NCBI GenBank assembly: GCA_965219385.1
Contig: CBDCNM010000001.1
Location: 298,631-362,630, forward strand
Direction of reading: 5' to 3'
DNA from: Candidatus Latescibacterota bacterium
GTDB taxonomy: Bacteria; Latescibacterota; UBA2968; UBA8231
DNA: 64,000 nt
The notes under the pieces are model-generated. The model was not told where the DNA came from. It saw nothing but the letters and a program-made list of their open reading frames with translations, and ran no database searches. The position numbers and the translations under genes were made by a program. Shown here piece by piece: positions 48,234-58,138 of the stretch; position 1 is the first letter of the stretch, and the number at the start of each line of letters is the position of its first letter.

Positions 48234-50351
48234 GTGGCATACAGGCTGGGGATAGACATCGGCGGCACCTTCACCGACGCCATCCTGATCGACGAGGGCA
48301 CGGGGGCGCTCCGCATCGGCAAGGTGCCCTCCACGCCCCGCGATCCCTCAGTGGGATTCATGGATGCGGCCCACCGCCTGCGGCGCGAGAGCGGCATAGC
48401 CCCCGCGGACATAAGCTATATCGTCCACGCCACCACGGTCGCCACCAATGCCATCATCGAAGGCAAGATCGCCCGGACGGGTTTTATCACCACGGAGGGG
48501 TTCCGCGATATCCTGGAAATCGCCCGCCAGATCCGGCCTTCCCTCTACGATTTGCACTTCGAGAAACCCCCGCCCCTGGTGCCGCGCTATCTGTGCTTCG
48601 GGGTCGGGGAGCGGCTGGATGCCCAGGGCCAGGTCCTCGCAACTCTCGATGAAGAGGCTCTGCGCGCGGCAGGGGAACAACTCCGCCGCGAAGAGGTGGA
48701 GGCGATCGCGGTGTGTTTTTTGCACGCCTATGTCAACCCGGAGCACGAAATGCGGGCGCGGCGGATTCTCCAGGAGGTCTTCCCCGACGCCCTGGTGTCC
48801 CTTTCCTCGGAAGTAGCCCCGGAGTTTCGCGAGTACTTCCGCGCCAGTACCACGGTCATCAACGCTGGCATCCGCCCGGTGGTGGGGCGCTACCTGCACC
48901 GCATCGAGACCCGCTTGCGCCAGGAAGGGGTGTCGGCGGAATTGCTGGTGATGCAAAGCAGCGGCGGCGTGCTCTCTTTTGCCGCCGCTGGCGAGAAACC
49001 GGTTTTCATGGTGGAATCCGGACCGGCCGCCGGAGTCATCGCCTCCACCTACCTGGGCAAAGCCCTGAAGCGCGCGGACGTCATCTCCTTCGACATGGGG
49101 GGGACCACGGCCAAGACCGCTCTGGTCCAGGACGGCATGCCGCGGATCACCACAGACTACGAGGTCGGCGGGGCGGCCGGCGCCGGGACGGGGAGTGCGC
49201 CGGGTTCGGGCTATCCCATCCGCACCCCGGTGATCGATCTGGTGGAGATTGGCGCCGGAGGGGGATCCATCGCCTGGGTGGACTCGGGGGGAGGGCTGCG
49301 GGTGGGGCCGCGGAGCGCGGGGGCGGATCCAGGGCCGGTGTGCTACGGCGAGGGAGGCGTCGAGCCGACCATCACCGATGCCAACCTGGTACTGGGGCGG
49401 CTCAGCCCGCGCTACTTCCTGGGCGGCGAGATGGTGCTGGACGTGGAGGCGGCGCAACGGGCCATAGAGGAGAAATGCGCCGGACCACTCGGACTCGAGG
49501 GGGTGGAAGCGGCGCACGGCATCGTCGAAATAGCCAATGCCGCCATGGTGAACGCCCTGCGTCTGGTCTCGGTGCAGCGCGGCTTCGACCCCAGGGATTT
49601 CGTGCTGGTGGCCTTTGGCGGCGCCGGGCCGGTGCATGCCAACCAGTTGGCCGCGGCGCACGAAATCCCCACGACCTTGATCCCCATGAGTCCGGGTACT
49701 TTTTCGGCTATGGGCTTGCTGGTAACCGATCTGCGGCACGATTATTCCACCACCTTTATCCACCGCGTGGACGAGCTGGATCCGGATGCCGTGGCAGCGA
49801 CCTACCAGAAGCTGGAAGCAGAGGGGCGAACCCGTTTTGCGCGCGAAGGAGTGTCGGAACAGGATATGCTTTTTTTGCGCCAGGTAGACATGCGCTACGT
49901 GGGGCAAAGCTACGAGTTGACCGTGGCCGTGCCACCGGGTGCGCTGAGCCCGGTGAAAATCGCCCAAGTTGTAGCGCGGTTCCACGCCGAGCACGACCGG
50001 GCCTATGGTTTCAGCGCCCCGGACGAGCCCGCCGAGTGGGTCAATTTGCGACTCATGGCCACGGGTAAGATCGCCAAGCCAAGATTGCGGGAGCTGGAAG
50101 GAAGAGCGGGCAAGGTGGCCCAGGCCCGGAAGGAAATTCGACCGGTGTACTTTGCCGAGAACGGCGGGTACGTGGACTGTCCGATTTACGATCGCTACCT
50201 GCTGGGTGCGGGAGGTGTGGTCCCAGGGCCGGCCATAGTGGAAGAGATGGACTCTACCACGGTGATCCATCCGCACTACCGGGCCGTGGTCGACCTGTAC
50301 GGCAACCTGGTGCTGGAAAAGGAGAAAGGGGATGGCAGTGGCAAGATTTGA
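48234..50351 (+). CDS. Hydantoinase/oxoprolinase subunit A
   Basis: GIDIGGTFTD, HATTVATNA, ESGPAAG, DMGGTT, GAGGGSIA, AFGGAGP. Confidence 0.9.
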   Translation: MAYRLGIDIGGTFTDAILIDEGTGALRIGKVPSTPRDPSVGFMDAAHRLRRESGIAPADISYIVHATTVATNAIIEGKIARTGFITTEGFRDILEIARQIRPSLYDLHFEKPPPLVPRYLCFGVGERLDAQGQVLATLDEEALRAAGEQLRREEVEAIAVCFLHAYVNPEHEMRARRILQEVFPDALVSLSSEVAPEFREYFRASTTVINAGIRPVVGRYLHRIETRLRQEGVSAELLVMQSSGGVLSFAAAGEKPVFMVESGPAAGVIASTYLGKALKRADVISFDMGGTTAKTALVQDGMPRITTDYEVGGAAGAGTGSAPGSGYPIRTPVIDLVEIGAGGGSIAWVDSGGGLRVGPRSAGADPGPVCYGEGGVEPTITDANLVLGRLSPRYFLGGEMVLDVEAAQRAIEEKCAGPLGLEGVEAAHGIVEIANAAMVNALRLVSVQRGFDPRDFVLVAFGGAGPVHANQLAAAHEIPTTLIPMSPGTFSAMGLLVTDLRHDYSTTFIHRVDELDPDAVAATYQKLEAEGRTRFAREGVSEQDMLFLRQVDMRYVGQSYELTVAVPPGALSPVKIAQVVARFHAEHDRAYGFSAPDEPAEWVNLRLMATGKIAKPRLRELEGRAGKVAQARKEIRPVYFAENGGYVDCPIYDRYLLGAGGVVPGPAIVEEMDSTTVIHPHYRAVVDLYGNLVLEKEKGDGSGKI

Positions 50352-52134
50352 GACGGCTTCCACGCTGGCTCCAGAGCGGGTAGATCCCATTGAATTCGAA
50401 GTGGTGCGCAATGCCCTGGTGGCGGCCACCGAGGAAATGGCTCTTGCCCTCAAGCGCAGTGCCTACTCGACCAATATCAAGACCCGGGCCGACTTTTCCT
50501 GCGCCTTCTTCGACCGCCAGCTGCGCCCCATCGCCCAGGCCATGGGCCAGCCTACTCACCTGGGCTCCCTGGTCGAGTTGGTGCCCCGGTCGCTCGAGGC
50601 CTACGGAGTCGACAACCTGCAAGCAGGAGATGGCCTCCTGGTCAACGATCCCTACGGCGGCGGCGGCCACCTCAACGATATCACCCTCATCTCGCCGGTG
50701 CACCGCGGCGCCGCGGTGCTGGGCTTTGTCGCCAATGTCGCCCATCACGTGGACGTGGGCGGCGGGGCGCCGGCCAGTGTAGGGGCTTTCCGCGAGGTGT
50801 TTCAGGAGGGCGTCATCATCCCGCCGGTGAAGCTGGTGCGGGGCGGAGAACTGGTGGAGGATGTGCTCCGGCTGGTGCTGGCGCAGATCCGCTCCAAGCG
50901 CGAGACCGGGGGGGATTTCCGGGCCCAGGTGGCGGCCAACAACACCGGGGTGCGGCGGCTTTGTGCCCTGGCCGAGCGGCTGGGTGCCGAGAAGTTCGCT
51001 CTGTACGTGGAGGAGTTGATCGCTTATACCCGGCGCCGGACCGAGGCGGAAATGAGCCAACTTCCCCAGGGGGTGTACCAGGCCGAGGGGCTGGTGGACA
51101 ACGATGGGTTCACCGACGAGCCGGTGCGCCTGAAGGTCCGGATCGCGATCGACGAGTCGGGCGTGCTTTTCGATTTCAGGGGATCGGATCCACAGCGCCC
51201 AGCGCCGGTCAACTCGACCTACGCCCAGACCTTTTCGGGCTGTGCCTATGTGCTCAAGTGCCTGATGGATCCGGACGTGCCGGTGAATGCGGGTTTTTAC
51301 GACCGGGTGCGTTTGCTCGCGCCCGAGGGCACGGTGGTCAACTCCTCGCCGCCGGCCCCGGTAGTGGGCGGCTGGGAGACCCAGCTGCGGCTAACCGAGG
51401 TGATGTTCAAGGCCCTGGCGCCGGGGTTGCCGGAGCTGGTCCCGGCCGGCACCAAGGGCATGATCTGCCACGTGGGATTCGGCGGTACGGACCCGCAAAC
51501 CGGGGAATATTACTGCTTTCTGGAGACCGTGGCCGGCGGCTACGGCGGCCGGTCGGGCAAGGATGGCCCGGACGCGGTGCAGACCCACGGCCAGAACACG
51601 GAGAATGCGCCGGTGGAGGAGACCGAGATCAACTACCCGGTGCGGATTTTGCGCTACGAGCTGGTGGACGATTCAGAGGGGGCCGGCCAGTACCGGGGCG
51701 GGCTGGGTCTGCGGCGGGACTACCTGTTTATCGGGCCAACCTCGTTTACGGTGCTGGCGGATCGGGATCGGTGGGGGCCGTGGGGACTTTTCGGAGGTGA
51801 AGCGGGTCGCAAGGCCAGTTATGTGTTGAACCCGGAGGGTGGGGCCGAGGAGTTGAGCTCCAAGGTGACGCTGCGGTTGGCGGCCGGGGATGTGGTGAGC
51901 TACCGGACGTGTGGCGGGGGTGGGTACGGTCCGGCCCGAGAACGGGATGTAGATGAGGTGTTGCGGGATGTGCGCCAGGGCAAGGTGAGTGTTGGGCGGG
52001 CCCGGGAAGTCTACGGAGTGGCGATCGAGGTGGGCCCCTGGCGGGTGGACGGGGTCGAGACCGCCCGATTGCGGGGGAAGACTGAGAGCAGTGAAGACAA
52101 ACAGAGCGCCCTACTTGAAGCGAGGAAAAAATGA
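50332..52134 (+). CDS. Hydantoinase B/oxoprolinase subunit
   Basis: SAYSTNIK, NDPYGGGGHLND, AHHVDVGG, GGYGG, TCGGGGYG. Confidence 0.9.
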   Translation: MAVARFETASTLAPERVDPIEFEVVRNALVAATEEMALALKRSAYSTNIKTRADFSCAFFDRQLRPIAQAMGQPTHLGSLVELVPRSLEAYGVDNLQAGDGLLVNDPYGGGGHLNDITLISPVHRGAAVLGFVANVAHHVDVGGGAPASVGAFREVFQEGVIIPPVKLVRGGELVEDVLRLVLAQIRSKRETGGDFRAQVAANNTGVRRLCALAERLGAEKFALYVEELIAYTRRRTEAEMSQLPQGVYQAEGLVDNDGFTDEPVRLKVRIAIDESGVLFDFRGSDPQRPAPVNSTYAQTFSGCAYVLKCLMDPDVPVNAGFYDRVRLLAPEGTVVNSSPPAPVVGGWETQLRLTEVMFKALAPGLPELVPAGTKGMICHVGFGGTDPQTGEYYCFLETVAGGYGGRSGKDGPDAVQTHGQNTENAPVEETEINYPVRILRYELVDDSEGAGQYRGGLGLRRDYLFIGPTSFTVLADRDRWGPWGLFGGEAGRKASYVLNPEGGAEELSSKVTLRLAAGDVVSYRTCGGGGYGPARERDVDEVLRDVRQGKVSVGRAREVYGVAIEVGPWRVDGVETARLRGKTESSEDKQSALLEARKK

Positions 52135-53276
52135 GCGAAGCCTTATACGACGCGATCGTGGTGGGCGCGGGGGGCATGGGTAGCGCGGCCGCGTATCACC
52201 TCGCCCGGGCCGGGAGCCGGGTCCTGGTGCTGGAGCAGTTTCGCCGCGGCCATACCTGGGGCAGTTCCCATGGCGAGACCCGGGCCATCCGCATGTTTTA
52301 CCACAAGGATTTTTACGTCGAATTGATGAAATCCGCCTATCCCGAATGGCGCCGGCTCGAAGAGGCCGCGGGCAAAAAGCTGCTCTTCATAACGGGGGGA
52401 GTGGTTCTGGCGCCCGCAGGACACGAATTCACCCTGGAGCGCCGGGAACTCCTGGAGCAGGCCGGCATCGAATCCGAGTGGTGGGACCCGGAGCGGCTCG
52501 AAGAGCGCTTTCCGCAATTCCGCGTCGAGGACGATACCCGGGTACTGTGGCAAAAGGATACCGGCTTTCTCCTGGCCTCGGCCTGCGTCGCCACCCACCT
52601 GGAGCTGGCCGCGGCGCACGGGGCCGAGATCAGGGAGGAAATGCCGGTCAGCCATATCCACTGGCAGGGGGACCCCCTCGAGGTGGCGGCCGGGGGAGAG
52701 CGCTTTCGGGCGCACAAGGTGATCTCCACGGCGGGGGCCTGGACCGGCGGGTTGTTGCGCGACCTGGAGTTGCCCTTGCAGGTGACGCGCCAGCAGATCG
52801 TCCATTACCGACCCGTGGATCCGGTCCAGTTTCAGCCGGGTAGATTCCCGGTCTTTGCCGACGTCACCTGGGGAGAGACCATGTATGGTTTTCCCCTGTT
52901 CGAGATCGAGGGCGTGAAGGTGGCGCGGGATGGTCTGGGGCTGGACGCGGTGGAGATCGATGATGCCGAGCGCACCCCCGACCAGGACTACATCCAGCAT
53001 TTGCGCCGCTTTATGCGGGAGCGCATCCCGGGCGCGGCCGGCGAAACAGTGGAAGCCCAGGTGTGTTTTTACACCGAAACCCCGGATCTCGACTTTATCA
53101 TCGACACCCACCCGCACTGTCCCCGGCTCCTCCTCGCGGCCGGATTCTCCGGCCACGGTTTCAAGTTCTGCGCCCTGGTGGGCCGGATCCTGGCGGAATT
53201 GGCCCTGGAGGGCCAGACCCAGTTCGCCATCGACCCCTTCAGCCTGGGGCGTTTCAGCGCCGCCCAGCAGGCCTAG
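52131..53276 (+). CDS. Monomeric sarcosine oxidase / N-methyltryptophan oxidase family
   Basis: GAGGMG, GSSHGETRAIR, CFYTETPD, GFSGHGFKF. Confidence 0.88.
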   Translation: MSEALYDAIVVGAGGMGSAAAYHLARAGSRVLVLEQFRRGHTWGSSHGETRAIRMFYHKDFYVELMKSAYPEWRRLEEAAGKKLLFITGGVVLAPAGHEFTLERRELLEQAGIESEWWDPERLEERFPQFRVEDDTRVLWQKDTGFLLASACVATHLELAAAHGAEIREEMPVSHIHWQGDPLEVAAGGERFRAHKVISTAGAWTGGLLRDLELPLQVTRQQIVHYRPVDPVQFQPGRFPVFADVTWGETMYGFPLFEIEGVKVARDGLGLDAVEIDDAERTPDQDYIQHLRRFMRERIPGAAGETVEAQVCFYTETPDLDFIIDTHPHCPRLLLAAGFSGHGFKFCALVGRILAELALEGQTQFAIDPFSLGRFSAAQQA

Positions 53277-53295
53277 CGCGAGCTTCAGGTAGGCT

Positions 53296-54276
53296 TCATC
53301 CAGCCTCATTGGATTCCGCCGATGGCCGTGGTGGGGGCTCCTCTTGCCATTGTTCGATGTGGATCAGGGCCGCGGCGATTCTTCGTCTCAGGGCCTCGGC
53401 CGCCTCCGGGGTCCACTGGTAGAAGCCGGTGCCGCTCTTCACCCCTAGTTCGCCGCGTTCGACCTTTTCCCGCAGCAAAGGGGGTTCGGGGGCGGTGGAA
53501 AGATGGGGAAAAAGTCCGGAGGCAATGTCCTGTACCAGGTCCCAGCCGGCCAGCTCGAGGACCTCGAAGACCCCGGCGACGGCCCAGCGCCGGCCGATGC
53601 TGGTCGCGAGGACTGCGTCCACGTCCTGCGGGCTGGCAAGGCCCTGCCGCACGATTTCCAGGGCTTCTCGGAGCAGGGCCATCTGCAGGCGGTTGGCAAT
53701 AAAGCCGGGGGCTTCCCGGTGCATCACAATGGGCCGCTTGCCCAGTTTTTCCAGGAGGGCGCACAGGGTCGAGACGGTGGTGTCGGAGGTTTTCCGCCCG
53801 CGCACGATTTCCACCAGCGGGATTAAGTAGGGCGGGTTGGCGTAGTGGGCGACCAGGACCTTGTCGGGCCGGCGGGTTGCGGCGGCGAATGCCGTGGGCA
53901 TCAGGGAGGAGGTGTTGCTCGCCAGGATGGTGCGGGCGGGACAGCGGGCATCCAGGGCGCGAAAGATGCGTTGTTTGAGAGTTAGGTCCTCGTGCACCGA
54001 TTCGAAAACCACGTCCGCCTCCTCGGCGGCTTCTTCGAGGAGGGTGGTGGGGTGGATTCGGGCCCTCAGTCCCGCGGCTTGTCCGGATTCGACCAGGCCC
54101 AGACGGGTCAGTCTTTCCAGGTTGGCCTGGATATTGTCGAGGGCCTGGTCGAGACTCTCCTGCCGGCGGGAATGCAGGCGAACCTGGTAACCGGCCAGGG
54201 CAAATTCCTGGGCGATTCCGTGTCCCATCAGGCCGGCGCCGACCACGGCTATGCGCTTTATTTGATCTACCTCCAT
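53296..54276 (-). CDS. 3-hydroxyacyl-CoA dehydrogenase family protein
   Basis: GAGLMGHG, LASNTSS, HYANPP, PGFIANRLQ, LGVKSGTGFY. Confidence 0.9.
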   Translation of the reverse strand: MEVDQIKRIAVVGAGLMGHGIAQEFALAGYQVRLHSRRQESLDQALDNIQANLERLTRLGLVESGQAAGLRARIHPTTLLEEAAEEADVVFESVHEDLTLKQRIFRALDARCPARTILASNTSSLMPTAFAAATRRPDKVLVAHYANPPYLIPLVEIVRGRKTSDTTVSTLCALLEKLGKRPIVMHREAPGFIANRLQMALLREALEIVRQGLASPQDVDAVLATSIGRRWAVAGVFEVLELAGWDLVQDIASGLFPHLSTAPEPPLLREKVERGELGVKSGTGFYQWTPEAAEALRRRIAAALIHIEQWQEEPPPRPSAESNEAG

Positions 54277-54621
54277 GGTTTCCTCACTGTGCCAACTAGT
54301 TGCAAATCAACTATCAGTCCTGCACGGAATCGGCAGGCGGCCGTGCGGGGCTTGAGCTCCAAATAGATCTGGATAGACTATAAACTAATGAATTTTCCAC
54401 CATCAGCCTCACCGATCCAGGCAGTGGGTCAGGGGCGCGGTGTCGCCGGTGTCCTGGTCCCCCAGCGGATTTGACACAAGGTGTTGAAATTGTTACTCAT
54501 AATCTCCGGCGGAAGCGGGAGCCTCCCGGCTCTCAATTGCATCCAGTTTCATCTGGATCGGGCGACCGGGGCCCTGGTTGGGCTGGAGGTGCGACGGCTG
54601 ATAAAATGAAGCGAGGCTGAG

Positions 54622-56028
54622 ATGAGCGAGGAGATCTACTATGGGGACGCGGTGGAGCTGGCCGCGCGGATACGGGCAAAAGAGCTTTCGCCGGTAGAGG
54701 TGCTGCAGGCGCATCTGGAGCGCATCGAGGCGGTAAATCCCCAGCTGAACGCGGTGGTCTGTCTGGACGACCGGGTCGTGGAACGGGCCCGGGACGCCGA
54801 GGCGGCCATTGGGCGCGGCGAAAACTGGGGGCCGTTGCACGGGGTACCTTTTACCATCAAAGACTGCTTCGACACCGAAGGGGTCAGGACCACCCGGGGC
54901 TCGAAGCTGTTCGAGGACTATGTGCCCTCCTTTGACGCAGTGGTGGTGCGGCGGCTCAAGGAGGCGGGAGGCATCTTTGTCGGCCATACCAATATGCCGG
55001 AGTTTGCCTTTTGGTGGGAGACCGGCAACAGGGTCTATGGCCGCACCGTGAATCCGTGGAACCAGGAGCGCACCTGCGGTGGGTCCACCGGGGGGGAAGC
55101 CGCGGCGATTGCCGCGGGGCTGTCGCCCCTGGGCATGGGCAGCGACGTAGGGGGCTCGATCCGCCAGCCGTCGCACTACTGCGGCATTGTCGGCTTAAAA
55201 CCCACCCATGGGCGGATCCCCACCACCGGACACTGGCCCGAGGTCATGCTGCGCTTCATGCACGTGGGGCCGATGGCGCGCAGTGTGGGGGATGTGGCCC
55301 TGGCGCTCGGGGTTCTGGCGGGTCCGGACGGGGCCGATCCGTACGCGGTGCCGGTGCCGGCGCCCGAGCTGGGGGGGCTGGAGGAGGATCTGCCCGCTCT
55401 GCGGGTCGGCTTTTGCGTTGAAGGTCCTTTTGCGCCGGTGCACACCGAGGTACAGGAAGCGGTTGGCAAGGCTGCCGCGGCCCTGGAAGGGTTGGGGTGC
55501 GAGGTGGCGCCGGTATCCCTGAAGGCATGGGAGGAATGGCAGGCCCAGGATATTTCCATGTCGTTCTTTTCCGGCGAGGGAACCGCGTACCTGGAAGGTT
55601 TTTACCAGGGGCGCGAAGACGAGCTAACCTGGTACATCCAGAGGCGCCTGAGCCTGCCGGCGCCCACCGTGCGCGACTTTGTGGAGTCGATAGAAAAGAC
55701 CGAGTGCTTGCGCCGCGATCTGGCGCGGTTCTTCAGCGGCTACGATCTGCTGCTGTGTCCCACCAGCGTGGTGCCGGCCCACGAGCACGAGGCCCCAGAA
55801 CTGGTGATCAATGGGGTGGGTGTACCGGGGAGGAACTCGCTGCGCGTCACCGTGCCCTTTGACATGACGGGCTCCCCGGCCGTGAGCGTGCCCTTTGACT
55901 GGAGCAGTGATGGTTTGCCGATCGGCGTCCAGCTGGTCGCCCCTCATTTTGACGAGGCCACCTTGCTGCGCGCTGCCGCGGCCCTGGAGAGGGTGCGCCC
56001 CGGAGGGGGCCGCCGGCCGCCGCTCTAA
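54622..56028 (+). CDS. Amidase signature family protein
   Basis: GPLHGVPFTIKD, GGSTGGEAAA, GSDVGGSIR, GLPIGVQ. Confidence 0.92.
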   Translation: MSEEIYYGDAVELAARIRAKELSPVEVLQAHLERIEAVNPQLNAVVCLDDRVVERARDAEAAIGRGENWGPLHGVPFTIKDCFDTEGVRTTRGSKLFEDYVPSFDAVVVRRLKEAGGIFVGHTNMPEFAFWWETGNRVYGRTVNPWNQERTCGGSTGGEAAAIAAGLSPLGMGSDVGGSIRQPSHYCGIVGLKPTHGRIPTTGHWPEVMLRFMHVGPMARSVGDVALALGVLAGPDGADPYAVPVPAPELGGLEEDLPALRVGFCVEGPFAPVHTEVQEAVGKAAAALEGLGCEVAPVSLKAWEEWQAQDISMSFFSGEGTAYLEGFYQGREDELTWYIQRRLSLPAPTVRDFVESIEKTECLRRDLARFFSGYDLLLCPTSVVPAHEHEAPELVINGVGVPGRNSLRVTVPFDMTGSPAVSVPFDWSSDGLPIGVQLVAPHFDEATLLRAAAALERVRPGGGRRPPL

Positions 56029-56081
56029 AATACAAGGAGCGCAAGACGGAGTGAGATCAGAGATGGACTACTAAGGAACAG

Positions 56082-56426
56082 GTGCGTCAGTGGCTGGACA
56101 AGCTGCGCCAGGGGACCCTGAAGGAGGCCGATCTCCAGCAGGCCCTGGATCAGTTCGAAGGCCGGGATTACAGGGGGGCAAAAATCCAGCGGTTGCTGTA
56201 TTTGCAAACCCGCACCACGGGGACGGACTCGGAGGTGCTCGGCATGTCGGTCGTGGAAAAGGGCCAGGTGCGCGAAGGAGCGGACGATCCGGCCGAGTGG
56301 CCCTACAATTCCGTGATTGAAGCCCTGAACGATGGCTGGCGAGTGGTGAAGTTCCCGGAACTGGCCCTGTTGCTCCAGGAAGATAAAACCATCGGCCTGG
56401 GATGCGAATTCATTCTCGAGAAATAG
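56082..56426 (+). CDS. Hypothetical protein
   Basis: AAGGA RBS before GTG; operon-like spacing; WPYNSVIEALNDGWRVVKFP. Confidence 0.65.
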   Translation: MRQWLDKLRQGTLKEADLQQALDQFEGRDYRGAKIQRLLYLQTRTTGTDSEVLGMSVVEKGQVREGADDPAEWPYNSVIEALNDGWRVVKFPELALLLQEDKTIGLGCEFILEK

Positions 56427-56451
56427 GTCATTAATTGAGGAGGATATTCTC

Positions 56452-57543
56452 ATGATAAAATATCGGCTAGGGGTTCTGAGCTTGCTGCTGCTTCCGGTTG
56501 GGGGACATGCCCAAGAAGAGGAGGTGGTTTCGTTTCGCGCTATAGCCCTGGCGGTGCTGGGCCAGCAGGTCCAGGGCATTGGAGTGGCCGATTCGCAGGG
56601 CGTGGTGGAGCAGATCGCCCAGGAGAGCGGGCTGGACCAGACCGAGGTCCGCGGCAAACTTGTGGAATTGCTGGACGAACTGGACAACCAGCGCCGGGGG
56701 AAAACCGAGGTCTGGAAGAGCCTGGTGACCGCGGGAGGAGATGAAGTTGCGGAAAAGAAGGCCGACAAGTTTTTAAAGGAAATGGACAAGGCCATGCGCA
56801 AGGTGCTGAAAAAGGAGGGCGCCTACGCCTTGGAGCCCCTGGTGAACAAGGCCGCCAGAAAGGCGAAGATGCCGACCTATCAGGGGAAGGATTTCCTGGT
56901 GCTGCTGTTGAATCCGGGCGTGGACGAAACCATGCCGACCGTGGAGTTGCCGGACAAGATCGGACTTCTAGTGGCCGGAGAGAGTAAGTACGCCATCGAT
57001 CGGACGGCCTTTGAGTCCATCCTGATAACCGCGTCGGACCGCCTCAACCAGAACAAGGTCCGGAATGTCCACAAGCCCATTACCAAGGTCCTGGCCCCGG
57101 AGCTGGAGGGATCCGGGTTCGTCAAGTGGGCTCTGGGCAGGCCGAATCCCAAACTGACGCCGGACTGTCGGCTGGACTTTGAGATCGACTGGTTCAGTAC
57201 CAAGACAACTATGGAAACCGCACAGCAAGCCGCAGCACCTGCGCCTGGCTCGGGGGAGGGACAGCTTCCCAACGAGGAGGGCGCCGGCGGCCAGCAAGCC
57301 GCGGGTGGCCAACAGAGCAGTCTGGGGCGGAATGTCCTGCCCAAGGTCTATTTGAACGCCCGCTTCGTCATGACCCACCTGGAGAGTGGAGTGATTGTGT
57401 TCAGCAAGTCGATGGAGTTCAACTACGACTTCGAAAACGAGTCGGATGCCCGGATACAGGGCATGCGGCTGCTCGACAATTTTTACCAGAAGATCGCCCG
57501 GGAAGCGACCAGGGAGGTGAATCAGTTTCTGGCGGGAGAGTAA
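56452..57543 (+). CDS. Hypothetical secreted protein
   Basis: GAGGAGG RBS; signal peptide; 363-aa ORF. Confidence 0.7.
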   Translation: MIKYRLGVLSLLLLPVGGHAQEEEVVSFRAIALAVLGQQVQGIGVADSQGVVEQIAQESGLDQTEVRGKLVELLDELDNQRRGKTEVWKSLVTAGGDEVAEKKADKFLKEMDKAMRKVLKKEGAYALEPLVNKAARKAKMPTYQGKDFLVLLLNPGVDETMPTVELPDKIGLLVAGESKYAIDRTAFESILITASDRLNQNKVRNVHKPITKVLAPELEGSGFVKWALGRPNPKLTPDCRLDFEIDWFSTKTTMETAQQAAAPAPGSGEGQLPNEEGAGGQQAAGGQQSSLGRNVLPKVYLNARFVMTHLESGVIVFSKSMEFNYDFENESDARIQGMRLLDNFYQKIAREATREVNQFLAGE

Positions 57544-57746
57544 GAGCCGGATTGCTAGCGCGGCACGGCAAACGTTTGTTACCGGTTTTCCGGGGCCAGG
57601 TCGAAGGGCGCCCTCTCGCTCATGCCTTGCATGCTTCGCAGGCAAATGCTCGCCCGACATCCTGTCGGGCTCCGGGGCCATGCCCGCTCCCCCGCTGATC
57701 TCCGACAACTTGGCGGCGACCGTAAAAAACGTTCGCAGCAGGGGGG

Positions 57747-57895
57747 TCAACTCCCGGTGGAGCGGTAGTGGCGCACGCCGATTTTCCATACTTGCAGGCA
57801 CAGACAGAAGAAGAGGGCCACTTCGGGCCAGGTCCATTCTTCCAGGCGCTCAAAGCGGTCGAAGAGCACCAGGGCGCCGATGAATTCCAGGCCGG
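57747..57895 (-). pseudogene. Remnant of an ABC-2 type permease gene
   Basis: Minus frame LEFIGALVLFDRFERLEEWTWPEVALFF joined to VWKIGVRHYRSTGS*, resembling N-proximal and C-terminal permease segments. Confidence 0.4.
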
Positions 57896-58138
57896 TCGGG
57901 GTTGCACAGGGGCTCGTGCTGAAGGTCCAGAAGAAGGATGTGGATGCCTATAGCCGGGGGGCTCTCGACCTGGCAGAGTTTCGCCAGAAGGTGGATATCC
58001 TGGAGTTTTAAGAAACCTCCTAAAAGCTTGCAGCAAACCACCAGGCACTCTCTTTTTTCGCTCCTGGAGATGCCCTATCTTTTATACGCCATGCAAAACA
58101 GCTCAAAATATAATCCCGCTTGAAGGTCTAAGGTTTCC

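Noticed and set aside
54300..54620. Structured-looking intergenic region before the amidase
   Set aside because: No riboswitch or ncRNA consensus recognised; probably divergent promoters
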